A stretch of DNA of 64,000 nt from Dendrobates tinctorius. Its lineage: Eukaryota. A program made the position numbers and the translations under genes. The notes beneath the pieces are model-generated. The model was given only the letters and a program-made list of their open reading frames with translations, did not search any database and had not been told where the DNA came from. Of this stretch, positions 22,700 through 34,946 are shown one piece after another. The stretch's first letter is position 1, and every line of letters starts with the position of its first letter. The stretch is from positions 124,001-188,000 of the forward strand of contig NW_027361867.1 in NCBI RefSeq assembly GCF_039654945.1, read 5' to 3'.

Positions 22700-25600
22700 T
22701 AACTTTTTTTCATAAAAAAAATACTTCAGGTTCAATTTTTTTTATTTTACCAAGGGTAACAGGAGAAATTGAACTGCAAAAGTTATTGTGCAATTTGTCC
22801 TGAGTACGCAGATACCTGATTTGTGGGGGGGAACGACTGTTTCGGGAGCATGGCAGAGCTCAGAATGGAAGGAGCGCCGTTTGACTTTTTCAAAGCAAAA
22901 TTGGCTGGAATTCAGATCGGACGCCATGTCACGTTTGGAGAGTCCCTGATGTACCTAAACAGTGGAAACCCCCTACAAGTGACCCCATTTTGGAAACTAG
23001 ACCCCCCAAGGAACTTATCTAGATATGTGGTGAGAACTTTGAACCCACAAGGGCTTTACAGAAGTTTATAACGTACAGCGGTACAATTAAAAAATCATAT
23101 TTTTTCCACAAAAATGATCTTTTCACCCCAATTTTTATTTTCCAAGGGTAACAGGACCCTAAAAGTTATTGTGCAATTTGTCCTGAGTATGCTGATACCC
23201 CACATGTGGGGGTAAACCACTATTTGGGAGCATGGCAGAGCTCGGAAGGGAAGCAGCGCCATTTGACGTTTTTGGCTGGAATTGAGATCGGACATCATGT
23301 CGCGATTGGAAAACCCCTGATGTACCAAAACAGTGGAAACCCCCCACAAATGACACCATTTTGGAAACTAGACCCCCTAAGGAACTTATCTAGATGTGTG
23401 GTGAGAACTTTGAACCCCCAAGTGCTTCACAGAAGTTTATAACATAAAGCCGTACAATTAAAAAATCATATTTGTTCCACAAAAATGATCTTTTCACCCT
23501 CAATTCTTATTTTTCCAAGGGTAACAGCACCCTAAAAGTTATTGTGCAATTTGTCCTGAGTACGCTGATACCCCACATGTGGGGGTAAACCACTATTTGG
23601 GCGCATGGCAGAGCTCGGAAGGGAAGCAGCGCCATTTGACGTTTTTGGCTGGAATTGAGATCGGACATCATGTCGCGATTGGAAAACCCCTGATGTACCA
23701 AAACAGTGGAAAACCCCCACAAATGACACCATTTTGGAAACTAGACCCCCTAAGGAACTTATCTAGATGTGTGGTGAGAACTTTGAACCCCCAAGGGCTT
23801 CACAGAAGTTTATAACATAAAGCCGTACAATTAAAAAATCATATTTTTTCCACAAAAATGATCTTTTCACCCTCAATTCTTATTTTTCCAAGGGTAACAG
23901 CACCCTAAAAGTTATTGTGCAATTTGTCCTGAGTACGCTGATACCCCAAATGTGGGGGTGAACCACTATTTGGGCGCATGGCAGAGCTCGAAAGGGAAGC
24001 AGCGCCATTTGACGTTTTTGGCTGGAATTGAGATCGGACACCATGTCGCGATTGGAGAACCCCTGATGTACCTAAACAGTGGAAACCCCCCACAAATGAC
24101 ACCATTTTGAAAACTAGACCCCCTAAGGAACTTATCTAGATATGAGGTGAGCACTTTGAACCCCCAAGGGCTTCACAGAAGTTTATAATGCCAGGGCATG
24201 AAAATAAAAAAATCGTATTTTTTCCACAAACATGATCAATTAGTCCACAATTTTTTCATTTTCCCAAGGGTAACAGGAGAAATTGAACCCCAAAAGTTGT
24301 TGTCCAATTTGTCCTGAGTACGCTGACACCCCATATGTGGGAGAAAACTACTGTATGGACACACGTCAGGGCTCGGAAGGGAAGTAGTGACGTTTTGGAA
24401 TGCAGACTTTGATGGAATGGTCTGCGGGTGTCATGTTGCCTTTGGAGAGCCCCTAATGTACCTAAACAGTGGAAACACCCACAAATGACCCCATTTTGGA
24501 AACGAGAACCCCTAAGGAACTTTTCTAGATGTGTGGTGAGCACTTTGAACCCCCAAGGGCTTCACAGAAGTTTATAATGCCCGGGCATGAAAATAAAAAA
24601 ATCGTATTTTTTCCACAAACATGATCAATTAGTCCCCAATTTTTTAATTTTCCCAAGGGTAACAGGAGAAATTGGACCCCAAAAGTTGTTGTCCAATTTG
24701 TCCTGAGTACGCTGACACCCCATATGTGGGAGAAAACTACTGTATGGACACACGTCGGGGCTCGGAAGGGAAGCAGTGACGTTTTGGAATGCAGACTTTG
24801 ATGGAATGGTCTGCGGGTGTCATGTGCGTTTGGAGAGCCCCTGATGTACCTAAACTATTGAAACTCCCCACAAGTGACCCCATTTTGGACACTAGACCCC
24901 CCCACGGAACTTATCTAGATGTGTGGTGAGCACTTTGAACCCCCAAGTGCTTCACAGAAGTTTATAACGCTTGGACGTGAAAATAAAAAAAATCATTTTT
25001 TTCCACAAAAATGATATTTTTGCCCCCAATTTTTTATTTTCCTAAGGGTAACAGGAGAAATTGGACCCCAAAAATTGTTTTGCAATTTGTCCTGAGTAGG
25101 CTGATACCCTATGTGTGGGGGTAAAACACTGTTTGGGCGCATGGCAGAGGGCGCATGGCATGGAAGGGAAGGAGCACCATATGACTTTTTCAACTCAGAA
25201 TTGGCTGGAATTGAGGTCAGACGCAATGTTGCATTTGGAGAGCCCCTGATGTGCCCAAACAGTGGAAACCCCCAATTCTAACTCCAACCCGAACCCCAAC
25301 ACACCCCTAGCCCTAACCCAAGCCCTAACCCTAGCCCTAACCCTAGCCCTAATGGAAAAATGGAAATAAATACATTTTTTTTTATTTTATTATTTTTCCC
25401 TAACTAAGGGGGTGATATCGGGGGGTTTGATTTACTATTTATGGCGGGTTTTTATATTTGGCAGCTGTCACACGCTAAAAGACGCTTTTTATTGTAAAAC
25501 TAGTTTTTGCATCACCACATATTGAGAGCTATAATTTTTCCGTATTTTGACCCACCGAGTCATGTGAGGTCTTATGTTTTGCGGGACAAGTTGACGTTTT

Positions 25601-26802
25601 TATCGGTACCATTTTCGGGCATGTGACATTTTTTGATCGATTTTTGGGACGCAGAATGAACAAAAACCAGCGTTTCATGAATTTCTTTTGGGGGAGTGCG
25701 TTTACACCGTTCCGCGTGCGGTAAAATTGATAAAGCGGTTGTATTCTTCGGGTCAGTACGGTTACAGCGATACCTCATTTAGGTCGTTTTTTTATGTTTT
25801 GTCGGTTTTATGCAATGAAAACTATTTTATATAAAAAATAATTATTTTTGCATCGCTTTATTCTGCGAGCTATAACTTTTTTATTTTTTCGCTGATGATG
25901 CTGTGTGGCGGCTCGTTTTTTTGTGGGACAAGATGACGTTTTCAGTGGTACCATGGATATTTATATGCGTCTTTTTGATCGCACGTTATTACACTTTTTG
26001 TTTGGCGGTATGATAATAAATCATTATTTTTTGCTTCATTTTTTATTTTTATTTTTTAAGGGGTTCGCTAAAGGGGTTAACTAATGGGACAGTTTTATAG
26101 GGCGCGTCGTTACGGACGCGGCNNNNNNNNNNNNNNNNNNNNNNNNNNNNNNNNNNNNNNNNNNNNNNNNNNNNNNNNNNNNNNNNNNNNNNNNNNNNNN
26201 NNNNNNNNNNNNNNNNNNNNNNNNNNNNNNNNNNNNNNNNNNNNNNNNNNNNNNNNNNNNNNNNNNNNNNNNNNNNNNNNNNNNNTTTTTTTTTTACTTT
26301 ATTACATCGTCCCAGGTGGGACATCACTGTCCTGTGACAGCGATCTGTCACTGGCAGTGCCGAAGGCTTCCTCATGCCTGCGCTTTGCAGGCATTGAGGA
26401 AGCCAGATTCCTGCAGGCCCCCGAAGGCCCCCGTCGCCATCTTGGATCCGGGGGCCTGTAGGGAAAGAGCCCCCTGCAGCAGCGCTGCACATTGCGCTGC
26501 CGTGGGGGGCTCAGGGAAGCACGGAGGGAGCCCCCTCCCTGCCGATGCTTCCCTTTAACTCCCGGTACACCGCGATCATGTTTGATCGCGGTGTGCAAGG
26601 GGTTAACGTGTCGGGGGCGGTCCGTGACCGCCCCTGACACATTGTGCCGGGTGTCAGCTGTGATAATCAGCTGACACCCGTCCGCGATCAGCGGCGCTCA
26701 CTACGTGGGCGCCGCTGATCGCGGTAGACGTACTATCCCGTCCACGGTCATACGGGCCCGGGTACCGTGGACGGGATAGTACGTCGGATGTCAGGAAAGG
26801 GG
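22700..26802 (+). mobile_element. piggyBac-family non-coding element remnant with ~7 tandem 373-393-bp repeats, a telomere-like tract and a right terminus
   Basis: AAGGGTAACAG recurs near 22752, 23144, 23517, 23890, 24266, 24655 and 25044. (CCCTAA/CCCTAG)n at 25280-25352. Terminus ...GAAAGGGG then TTAA (26803-26806). The same repeat family follows the piggyBac transposase at 60430-61730. Confidence 0.8.
26123..26285. other. Assembly gap (163 N)
   Basis: Run of N. Confidence 1.
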
Positions 26803-26835
26803 TTAAGTGTTCCCTTTATATTTTTGAACAGTGTA
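26803..26835. mobile_element. Tc1-like TIR stub whose TTAA was the piggyBac target
   Basis: Reverse complement TACACTGTTCAAAAATATAAAGGGAACACTTAA resembles a TA-flanked Tc1 terminus. Confidence 0.55.
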
Positions 26836-27169
26836 TATAGATAGATTTTTCTTTTCTTTACATTGGAGGGTCCAATTCCAGCTATTGCTGTGGGACCTGT
26901 GATTTCTATCTACTCCACTGTGTACAGGATAATAGAGTATAATAAAGTAGTTATGGACGCGACGTAACTAACATTGTGCAGTGACTCTGCTTTCCATATA
27001 GTGATGGATATTTCTTGTTGCTGAAACTGTGATTTTTTTCCACTTTAAATCTTTTTTTAAACCCCTCTGATCAGTGCGATCACACAACATACAAGCCTCT
27101 GATGGCTCCGGTGATGCCCTGTACTACTGTAGTGCCGTGTATCATCACTGCCTGTCAGTGTAATACTAA

Positions 27170-27479
27170 CGGCCCCATACGCATGAGATCAGAGTTGGCT
27201 GAAAGGTCATTTGGCAGACGGTGATCTCTCCCGACTCCCCCATACACACAAATATTCCAGCTTTCCTGTGGTCTGTATGAGAGAGTCGCCTCCAGACTCC
27301 TCCAGCGGAGGATTATCTACAGGAAGAACAAACGGATTATCCTCTGAAATTCAGGATGTCAGATCCTTCTCTGCCCTGACATCATCTGTCGGGAGGCCCC
27401 CAAATACATTATATGGTCGGCCAAACCCCCCGAAATCAGTGCTTTCATGGAACTTTAGTCTAATGTGTATGGGGGCGTT
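27170..27479. mobile_element. Harbinger-type MITE, diverged
   Basis: Inverted ends CGGCCCCATACGCATGAGA / CTAATGTGTATGGGGGCG flanked by TAA/TTA. Confidence 0.65.
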
Positions 27480-28566
27480 ATAAGGTAACTTATTGGACGC
27501 TGCCTCTGGCCCGGCCTAATAGACCTTCATACATTGCAGCCCAGACCCCATTATTAGGCATGTAAGTATCGGAGTAACTAGGCCGCCCCATACTATCGAG
27601 TACTTGGAGGCGGGGGGCATTCAGCCAAACTCTGTCACACCTTCTTAGATGCCATGTTTGCTTTTCAGGGTTATTGTTGAAGCCTCCTCTGTGTCGTCCC
27701 TGCGGTGTACATGTATGTTCTGGGGCACAAAGAGATTAATTTCTTTTTAATAAATCTTTATCATGTTTAAAAATTATAAATTGTGTCTTCTGCTTTTTAC
27801 ATATTTTTTTCTTTTTACAAGAATTGTTGGAGCCAATTTTCTTTAGAAACATTTTAATATCGGCTTTTTCTGGAGTTTTTCCAGTAATATAGGAAAGCCT
27901 AAGGCCAGAAATAAACCCCATAAATCACTGTACATGGAGACTTTGGGATCAGATCATTTCTGTCCGTTGTGTTTGTGGAAACAAAAAATCTTTTCTAAAA
28001 GCCTCAAACTTCTGTGTGTGACTCAGAGCTGAGATCTAACGTGATAGAAGATTCCAGTGCGGGGAAGACGGGAAACCTTCATATAGACGGCCGGTGGGGA
28101 TGGAGGCAGTGACCGACTCTGGCCACATCTGTCTCTAGAGCCGTAGTAGAAGATGAAGATGTCGTCCTCATCATGAAGGAGTTATTTCTCATGTCGCGTG
28201 TAATGAATCTCTCCTGCAGTATTGCTAATGTCGATTCCAGTGTCGGTAATGAGACGAGAATTAGCGTTATGGAAGATGAGTCTATGAGGAACATGTTCAG
28301 CTGCCGACTCCGAGGAGGAAACTGCTTGTTGTCTGTGGCCTAAATATATAGGTTTTATTAGTAGATGTCAGGGAAGAAAACTAAACCCTGTAAGATAATA
28401 AATCTCCTCATATGTTTCCCTTATTATCTCCAGTAATTGTATTATTACACAGGATTCTTATGATGTTACATCGGATCATCTTCTTCTCATTCAGGTCTCT
28501 ACAATATCGGATCCTCTCAGGGAAGATCTTCTACAGAAGAGAATTTTCCTGATTTACCCACCAAGG

Positions 28567-31500
28567 ATGGATATGGACAGAGACAAGATGGCGGAGAGGA
28601 TATTACACCTCACCCTAGAGATCCTCTTCCGTCTCACTGGAGAGGTGAGAGATTCTGATGACGTCACATTACTGTCTTGATCCATGCTGGATCAGGACAT
28701 ATGAGAGCACAGGTAACCTTTTTTTTTCCCAAAGCTGTGCTTAAGTTTGGTTTTTGCCCCCGGTGGCCATTAGGATTATTGCACTGTGGTGTCGTTTGTT
28801 TTAAGTTTGCCCCCCGGTGGTGGTGAGCGTCATTGCACTCTTGTTTCTTTAGTTAAGTGCACATGATTATAATGCAGGTGTGATTGCTGGCTCTGCTATA
28901 AAAGAGTCACAGGTGTTGCAATCAGTGTTGGTGATAGTGTTCATTTCAACCATCCTTGGTGGAGGAAGGATCTAGAGCGAGGTCCTGGCAACACTGTCTT
29001 AGCCCTGGTGTGAAAGGAGTTATAGGGGATTTCCCTAGCTCTGACAGAGCTTGGAGGCAGCGATTCAGTAGGAGAGCTGCGGTGTAACAGAGTAAAGCTA
29101 AGTGGTGTTTCCCTGTTTGTGTTTTTCCTTAGTGTGTATTAGTACAGCGGGGGGGCCAGTGCCTGCGCCACCCAGCTCCCTAGCAAGGGATAGGTGTAGG
29201 GTGTGCTGGGGCGACAGGTTCCTGATCGGCGCCCGGTGCGGAACCGGTATAGGGAACTTTAGGGACACTGACTCAGGGGAGTGCAGGAGGTCTCCACGTC
29301 CCCTTTCCCTATCGCAGGGCCCACCGTTGAAACTGTTTCCCTACCCCTTGTCTTGTTTTAGTTACCGGCCTGCGAGCCATGTCACACAGGACGGGTCCAT
29401 GTGACAATTACATCATTTTTATCTATGGGAATAACAAATGGACAGAACTGGAGAGGTGAGGACTCTGGAAATGTCTAGTGATTTATTAATGTTTCTCTCC
29501 ATTACCAGGATTACACAGTGGTGAAGAAGACCTCTAGTGATCGCTGTCAGGACCCTGTGTCTGAGGGATGTGGAAGACCCCTGAGCCCAATCACGGGGCC
29601 TCCACCTCACCCCCTGATCCATGAGGACATCAATCATCAGAAGAACCTAGACCTCATCTACAAGATGATTGAGCTGCTGACTGGAGAGGTGACACTGCTG
29701 GGAATGCTGGAACATTATTATTATTTATTTATAAAGTACCATTGGTTCCATGGTGCTGTACATGAGAAGGGGTTCCATACAAATTACAGATGTCACTTAC
29801 AGTAAGCAAACTATCAATGACCGACTGATACAGAGGGGAAAGGACCCTGTCCTTTCGGGCTTACATGCTACAGGATGGTGGGGAAGGAGACAGTAGGTTG
29901 GGGGGGTTGCAGCAGCTCCAGTGATGGTGAGGTGATATCTCCGGTAGTGGTGAGGAGGCAGCGGGGATCATTGTAAGCTGTAGGCTTTCCTGAAGAGGTG
30001 GGTTGTCAGGTTCCGTCTGAAGGATCCGAGTGTGGATGATAGCCGGACGTGTTGTGGCAGGGAATTCCAGAGGATGGGGGCTATTCGGGAGAAGTCTTGG
30101 AGGTGGTTGGGTGAGGAGCGAATAAGTGTGGAGGAGAGAAGGAGGTCTTGGGAGGACCAGAGATTACGTGATGGAAGGTATCGGGAGATTAGTTCAGAGA
30201 TGTATGGCGGAGACAGGTTATAGATGGCCTTGTAGGTCAGTATTAGCAATTTGAATTGGATACGCTGAGGGAATGGGAGCCAGTGAAGAGATTTGCAGAG
30301 GGGAGAAGCGGAGGAGTAGCGAGGAGAGAGATGAATTAGTCAGGTGCAAAGTTAAGGATGGACTGGAGAGGTGCAAGGGTTTTAGCAGGGAAGCCACAGA
30401 AAAGGATGTTGCAGTAGTCGAGGCGGGAGATGATGAGGGCATGCACAAGTAGTTTAGTAGATTGAGGGTTCAGGAAGGGACGGATTCTGGAAATATTTGA
30501 GCTGGAGGCGAAAGGAGATGGAGAGAGTTTGAATGTGAGTTTTTTTTTGGTTTGAAGAAAAGGGTAGAGTCAAGGGTTATTCCAAGGCAGCGGACCTCCG
30601 GTAGGGGGGAAAGCGTGATGTCAATTGTTATGGAAAGGTCGGGTAAGGAAGATCTGTGAGATGGGGGGAAAGATGATTAGTTCAGATTTGTCCACGTTGA
30701 GTTTGAGGAAGCGAGAGGAGAAGGAGGATATAGGTGATAGACACTCCGGGATTCTGGAGAGCAGAGAGGTGATGTCTGGGCCAGAGAGGTAGATCTGAGT
30801 ATCATCGGCATAACGGTGGTACTGGAATCCGTGGGACTGAGTTGCCCCAGGCCAAGTGTATAGATTGAGAAGAGTAGGGGTCCTAGAACAGAGCCTTGGG
30901 GGACTCCAACAGAGAGAGGGTGGGATGAGGAGGTAGTGTGGGAGTGGGAGACGCTGAATGTGCGGTTGGAAAGGTATGAGGAATTCCAGGATAGGGCGAG
31001 GTCTTTGATGCTGAAGGAGGAGAGGATCTGTAGTAGGAGGCAGTGGTCAACTGTCGAAAGCAGAGGACAGATCTAGAAGGAGGAGTATAGAGTATTGTCC
31101 GTTAGCTTTGGCTGTAAGTAGGTCGTTGGTAATTTTGGTCAGGGCTGTCTCAGTGGAATGATGGGGACGGAAGCCAGATTTTAGATTGTCAAAGAGCAAG
31201 TTAGATGAGAGGTGGAAGGAAAGTTCAGCGTGGACATGCTGCTCCAGGAGTTTACAAGTGAATGGGAGCAGCGATATTGGGCGATAGCTGGACGTGACTG
31301 TTGGGTCGAGGGTTGGCTTTTTAAGGATAGGCGTGATTGTGGCATGTTTGAAAGCGGAAGGGAAGGTACCAGAAGTTAGTGATAGGTTGAAGAGGTGGGT
31401 TAGGGATGGGATAAGTGTGGTGGTGAGGTTGGGGAGGAGGTGGGATGGCAATGGGGTCAAGTGCACAAGTGGTGAGGTGTGATTTGGAGAGAAGATGAGC

Positions 31501-34500
31501 AAGCTCCCCTTCAGTGATGTTGGATAAGGAGGTTATGGGGTTTGGGCATTGGTCTGGTGTGCAAAAAGGTTGTGGTAGTTGAGCAATAAAGACTTGCCAT
31601 GTTTGGTCTATCTTGTTTTTGAAGTGTGCGGCAAAGTCCTCGGCAGAGATGAGGGAGGTTGGAGGGGGCAGTGGTGGGCGGAGGAGGGAGTTAAAAGTAC
31701 TGAACAACTGTTTGGGGTTGTGGGATAAGGAAGATACAAGGGATGTAAAGAAGGCCTGTTTAGCAGATGTGAGGGCAGATTTGAATGCGAGTGTTGCTTG
31801 TTTGAGTGCAGTGAAGTCGTCTTGCGAATGCGTTTTCTTCCAGCGCCGTTCAGCAATTCTGGATGCTTGCCAAAGCTTTTTAGTGGTGTTATTGTGCCAG
31901 GGTTGTCTGTTGATTCGTCGCACTCTGTTATGCATGATAGGGGCGATCGAGTCGATGGCTGATGCAAGAGTGGCATTATAGAAAGTAGTGGCATTGTCAG
32001 TGTCGTGGAGTAAAGATATGGAGGACAGTGGTAAAATAGAGTCAGAGTGTGAGCGAGTGTCTAGATGTGAGGTTTCTGCGGGGGTGCGCATGCTGCTGGA
32101 CATGGGTGACAGGAGGAGGACAGGGATGAGAAAGTGCATAGATGGTGGTCAGATAAAGGGAGAGGGGAGGTGGTGAAGTTAGAAAGAGCAGAGGCGGGTG
32201 AACACCAGGTCTAATGTATGTATGTCCGTCTGTGTGGGTGGCTGAGGAGGACCACTGAGTAAGTCCAAAAGATGAAGTAAGGGACAGGAGTTTGGAGGCT
32301 GCTGAATGGTGGGTGTCATTGGGGATGTTGAAGTCACCCATGATGATGGTGGAAATGTCAGCAGAGAGAAAGTGAAGGAGCCAGGTGGAGAATTGGTCAA
32401 TGAAGGCAGTGGTCGGGCCTGGAGGTCGGTATATGACGGCCACTTGGAGGTTGGAGGGAAAGTAGATGCAGACAGAGTGGACTTCAAAAGAGGGGACGAT
32501 AAGGGGGGGTAGAGGTGGGATTGGGTTGAAGGTGCAGTTGGAAAAAGGAGAAGGCCCACTCCTCCCGCATGTCTGTTGCCAGGGCGAGGAGTGTGGGTGA
32601 AGTGGAAGCCGCCGTAACACAGCGCAGCAGGGGAGGCTGTGTCAGAGGGTGTCAGCCATTCTTCGGTGAGGCCAAGGAAGGAAAAATTATGAGAGGTAAA
32701 GAGGTTGTGAATCACATGGAGTTTATTGCAGATGGAGCGGGCATTCCAGAGTGATCCAGAGAGTGGGAGCAGGGTGGTGGGTGTCAAGGGCACGGATTTG
32801 AGGTGGGAAAGATTTCTGGTGTTTGTGTTGATTTGGGAACGATAGAAAGGGGTAATAATGGGAGGTATGGGCTGTTGGGGTCCAGGGTTGGGAGATATGT
32901 CGCCAGCAGTGAGGAGAAGCAGAAAGAGGGAGAGCATGTGGGAGGAGGGTGGGTGGCTTGTTTTGTATTTTATTAGGAGAGCTCTGAGGTCGAGGAGCAG
33001 GTCAGCAGAGGAGGTCAGGTGGGGAGGCAAGAGGGAAGAAGAGATTATTATTTGGTTAGCGGGTGCTGGGGTTTGCGGATAGCGGAGAGTGAGGAGTAGT
33101 GGAGCCAAAACTGTTTGTGCGTATGTCAGCATGGTGAGAGTAATTTAGAAGGCAAAAGAAATTTAGAACATGTAAACGCAGCGGTTAGTCGTACCTTCTG
33201 GTCACTTCAGGCTCATTTCAGATGTTATCCTTAGAAGACATCCTTGGAATAACAGACCGAGGTCAGGCTGACCTCTTAAGCCCCCGTCACACACAGCGAG
33301 ATCGCTGCTGTGTCACAAGTTTTGTGACGCAACAGCGATCTCATCAGCCATCTCGCTGTGTATGACGTATCAGCGACCGCCCCCCCCCGCCGGGTATCGC
33401 TGATCGTGCTCGAATGCCCTGGACATTTTTTTGATCGTTGGTCTCCCGCTGGCCAGCACGCATCGCTGCGTGTGGCAGCGGGAGACGATCCATCAGCGAG
33501 CTGGTATCCAAGGTAAACCGCGGGTAACAAGCGCGCATGTCGCTTAGTTACCCGCTGTGTACCTTGGATACCAGCTCCCAGCGCCAGCACGCTGGTATCC
33601 AAGGTACACAGCGGGTAACTAAGCGACGCGCATGCTTGTTACCCCCGTGTCGCTGGTCCTGATCGCTGATGAGATCTGCCTGTTTGGCAGCTCACCAGCG
33701 ATCATATAGCAACACATCAGCGATCCTGACAAGGTCATATCATTGTCGGGATCGCTGGTGCGTCGCTATGTGTGACGGGAGCTTTAGTCTGTATTTATAC
33801 TAACTTAACAGCACCTGAAAGGGCCCAGGTGTGATCAGAAAGTGAGGAGCAGTAGGGGGACTGGATCCAGACACAGGAGATGATTAATTAGAAGTCACAA
33901 GAGGAAATGCAAAGGGAGATAGTATTGCAGCCAGAACACATACCAGTGATAGCAGACAGATACAGGGGTGATTGGGGTTCAGGAAAGATGGGTGATGATG
34001 GTTTTGCAGCCAGAACACATACCTGTGGATGAAGCAGATCGATTGTCAGAGTGATAGTAATAGTGAAGCATAGTAATAATAATAATGAAGCATCTATAGC
34101 AGGGAGTCATTTTCAGGCATATTTCAGATGTTATCCTTAGAACGACATCCTTGGAATAACAGACCGACATTATACAGTAACACTATGAAGGGATCGGGGG
34201 GATGACGGTATCATTGTATGTGTCAGGTTCCTATAAGGTGTCAGGATGTCGCTGTCTATTTCTCCATGGAGGAGTGGGAGTATTTAGAAGGACACAGAGA
34301 TCTGTACAAGAACGTCATAATGGAGGTTCCCCAGCCCCTCACATCTCCAGGTAATAGACAGGACTAAATACACACGGCCTATAATTATCTGTATGTAGAG
34401 AATGAATTCAGTCCCTGTATGTGTTTCCTCCAGATCTATCCAGTAAGAGGACAACACCAGAGAGATGTCCCCGTCCTCTTCTTCCACAGGACTGTAACCA

Positions 34501-34531
34501 AGAAGATCCCAGTGCTCCTCAGGATCATCAG
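28567..34531 (+). CDS. Upstream KRAB module without a zinc-finger exon: exons 28567-28644, 29509-29688, 34227-34350 (KRAB-A), 34434-34531; truncated paralog or alternative 5' exons of gene A
   Basis: [26 protein letters not shown] / [10 protein letters not shown]...IELLTGE / [33 protein letters not shown] / [15 protein letters not shown]...QDHQ. All splice sites intact and no stops. Homology to gene A ends at ~34677. Confidence 0.85.
28673..29406 (+). mobile_element. Solo LTR (734 bp) in intron 1 of the upstream KRAB module
   Basis: TGTC...GACA termini, perfect 5-bp TSD ATTAC (28668-28672 and 29407-29411), TATAAAA near 28897. The empty site is visible in gene A at 36418-36430. Confidence 0.92.
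29968..33132 (-). pseudogene. L2 ORF2 (2A-like peptide, APE endonuclease, reverse transcriptase), multiply frameshifted
   Basis: [59 protein letters not shown] and YADD (30801-30812), ending FRKAYSLQ*. Confidence 0.9.
33279..33783. mobile_element. Harbinger MITE (505 bp) nested in the L2 5' region
   Basis: TIR AGCCCCCGTCACAC / GTGTGACGGGAGCT; TTA TSD (33276-33278 and 33784-33786); many CAGCGA/TCGCTG motifs. Confidence 0.88.
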
Positions 34532-34677
34532 GTAGATGGAGAGAAGGTGTCAGGAGATCTCCCCTATGATGTGTAGACGGCTGTGAAGGTCTTGTGCTCA
34601 GTCTTGTTTTATCCACCAGTATTATATGTTTTATACTTGTGTAATGAGAGCGGTGGAGATGGCAGGATTACAGCTGA

Positions 34678-34946
34678 CACCAGTGACCGGAGGTAAACTT
34701 TTTACCTCCGATCACAACTGAGCAGTCATGCTGTGTTCTGACAGCGTGGGAACCGCGGCTCTGTGACCGGCAGGGAGGATTTTACCACCAATCAGAAGTG
34801 CTACACCGGTGTTTACCACACTGCCACACAGCTTGGGAAACACCGGCTTTTGTGCTGTGCATATTTGGCTATATTCTGCGATTAAATCAGCAAATATTGC
34901 AAATTAGGCGATCGTGAACCGAGCATCGAAATATTCGCTCATCTCT
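34678..34946. mobile_element. hAT-type element end fragment at the truncation point of the upstream KRAB module
   Basis: Ends ...ATTCGCTCATCTCT (reverse complement AGAGATGAGCGAAT, a hAT-type TIR). Confidence 0.55.

Larger units (their letters stand above)
29716..34165 (-). mobile_element. L2-clade LINE, near full length, in intron 2 of the upstream KRAB module
   Basis: (AAT)n-type tail at ~29716-29730, APE and RT motifs, flanking ACATTAT duplication. A ~46-bp direct repeat in the 5' region (33215-33260 and 34121-34167). Confidence 0.88.

Noticed and set aside
22742-25226. Short repeated ORFs in the ~373-bp units
   Set aside because: Non-coding piggyBac internal repeats with no domain motifs.
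34284-34616. Thrice-repeated [15 protein letters not shown]... (also 36987-37319 and 62760-63032)
   Set aside because: Antisense to KRAB exons 3-4; recurrence simply reflects the duplication.
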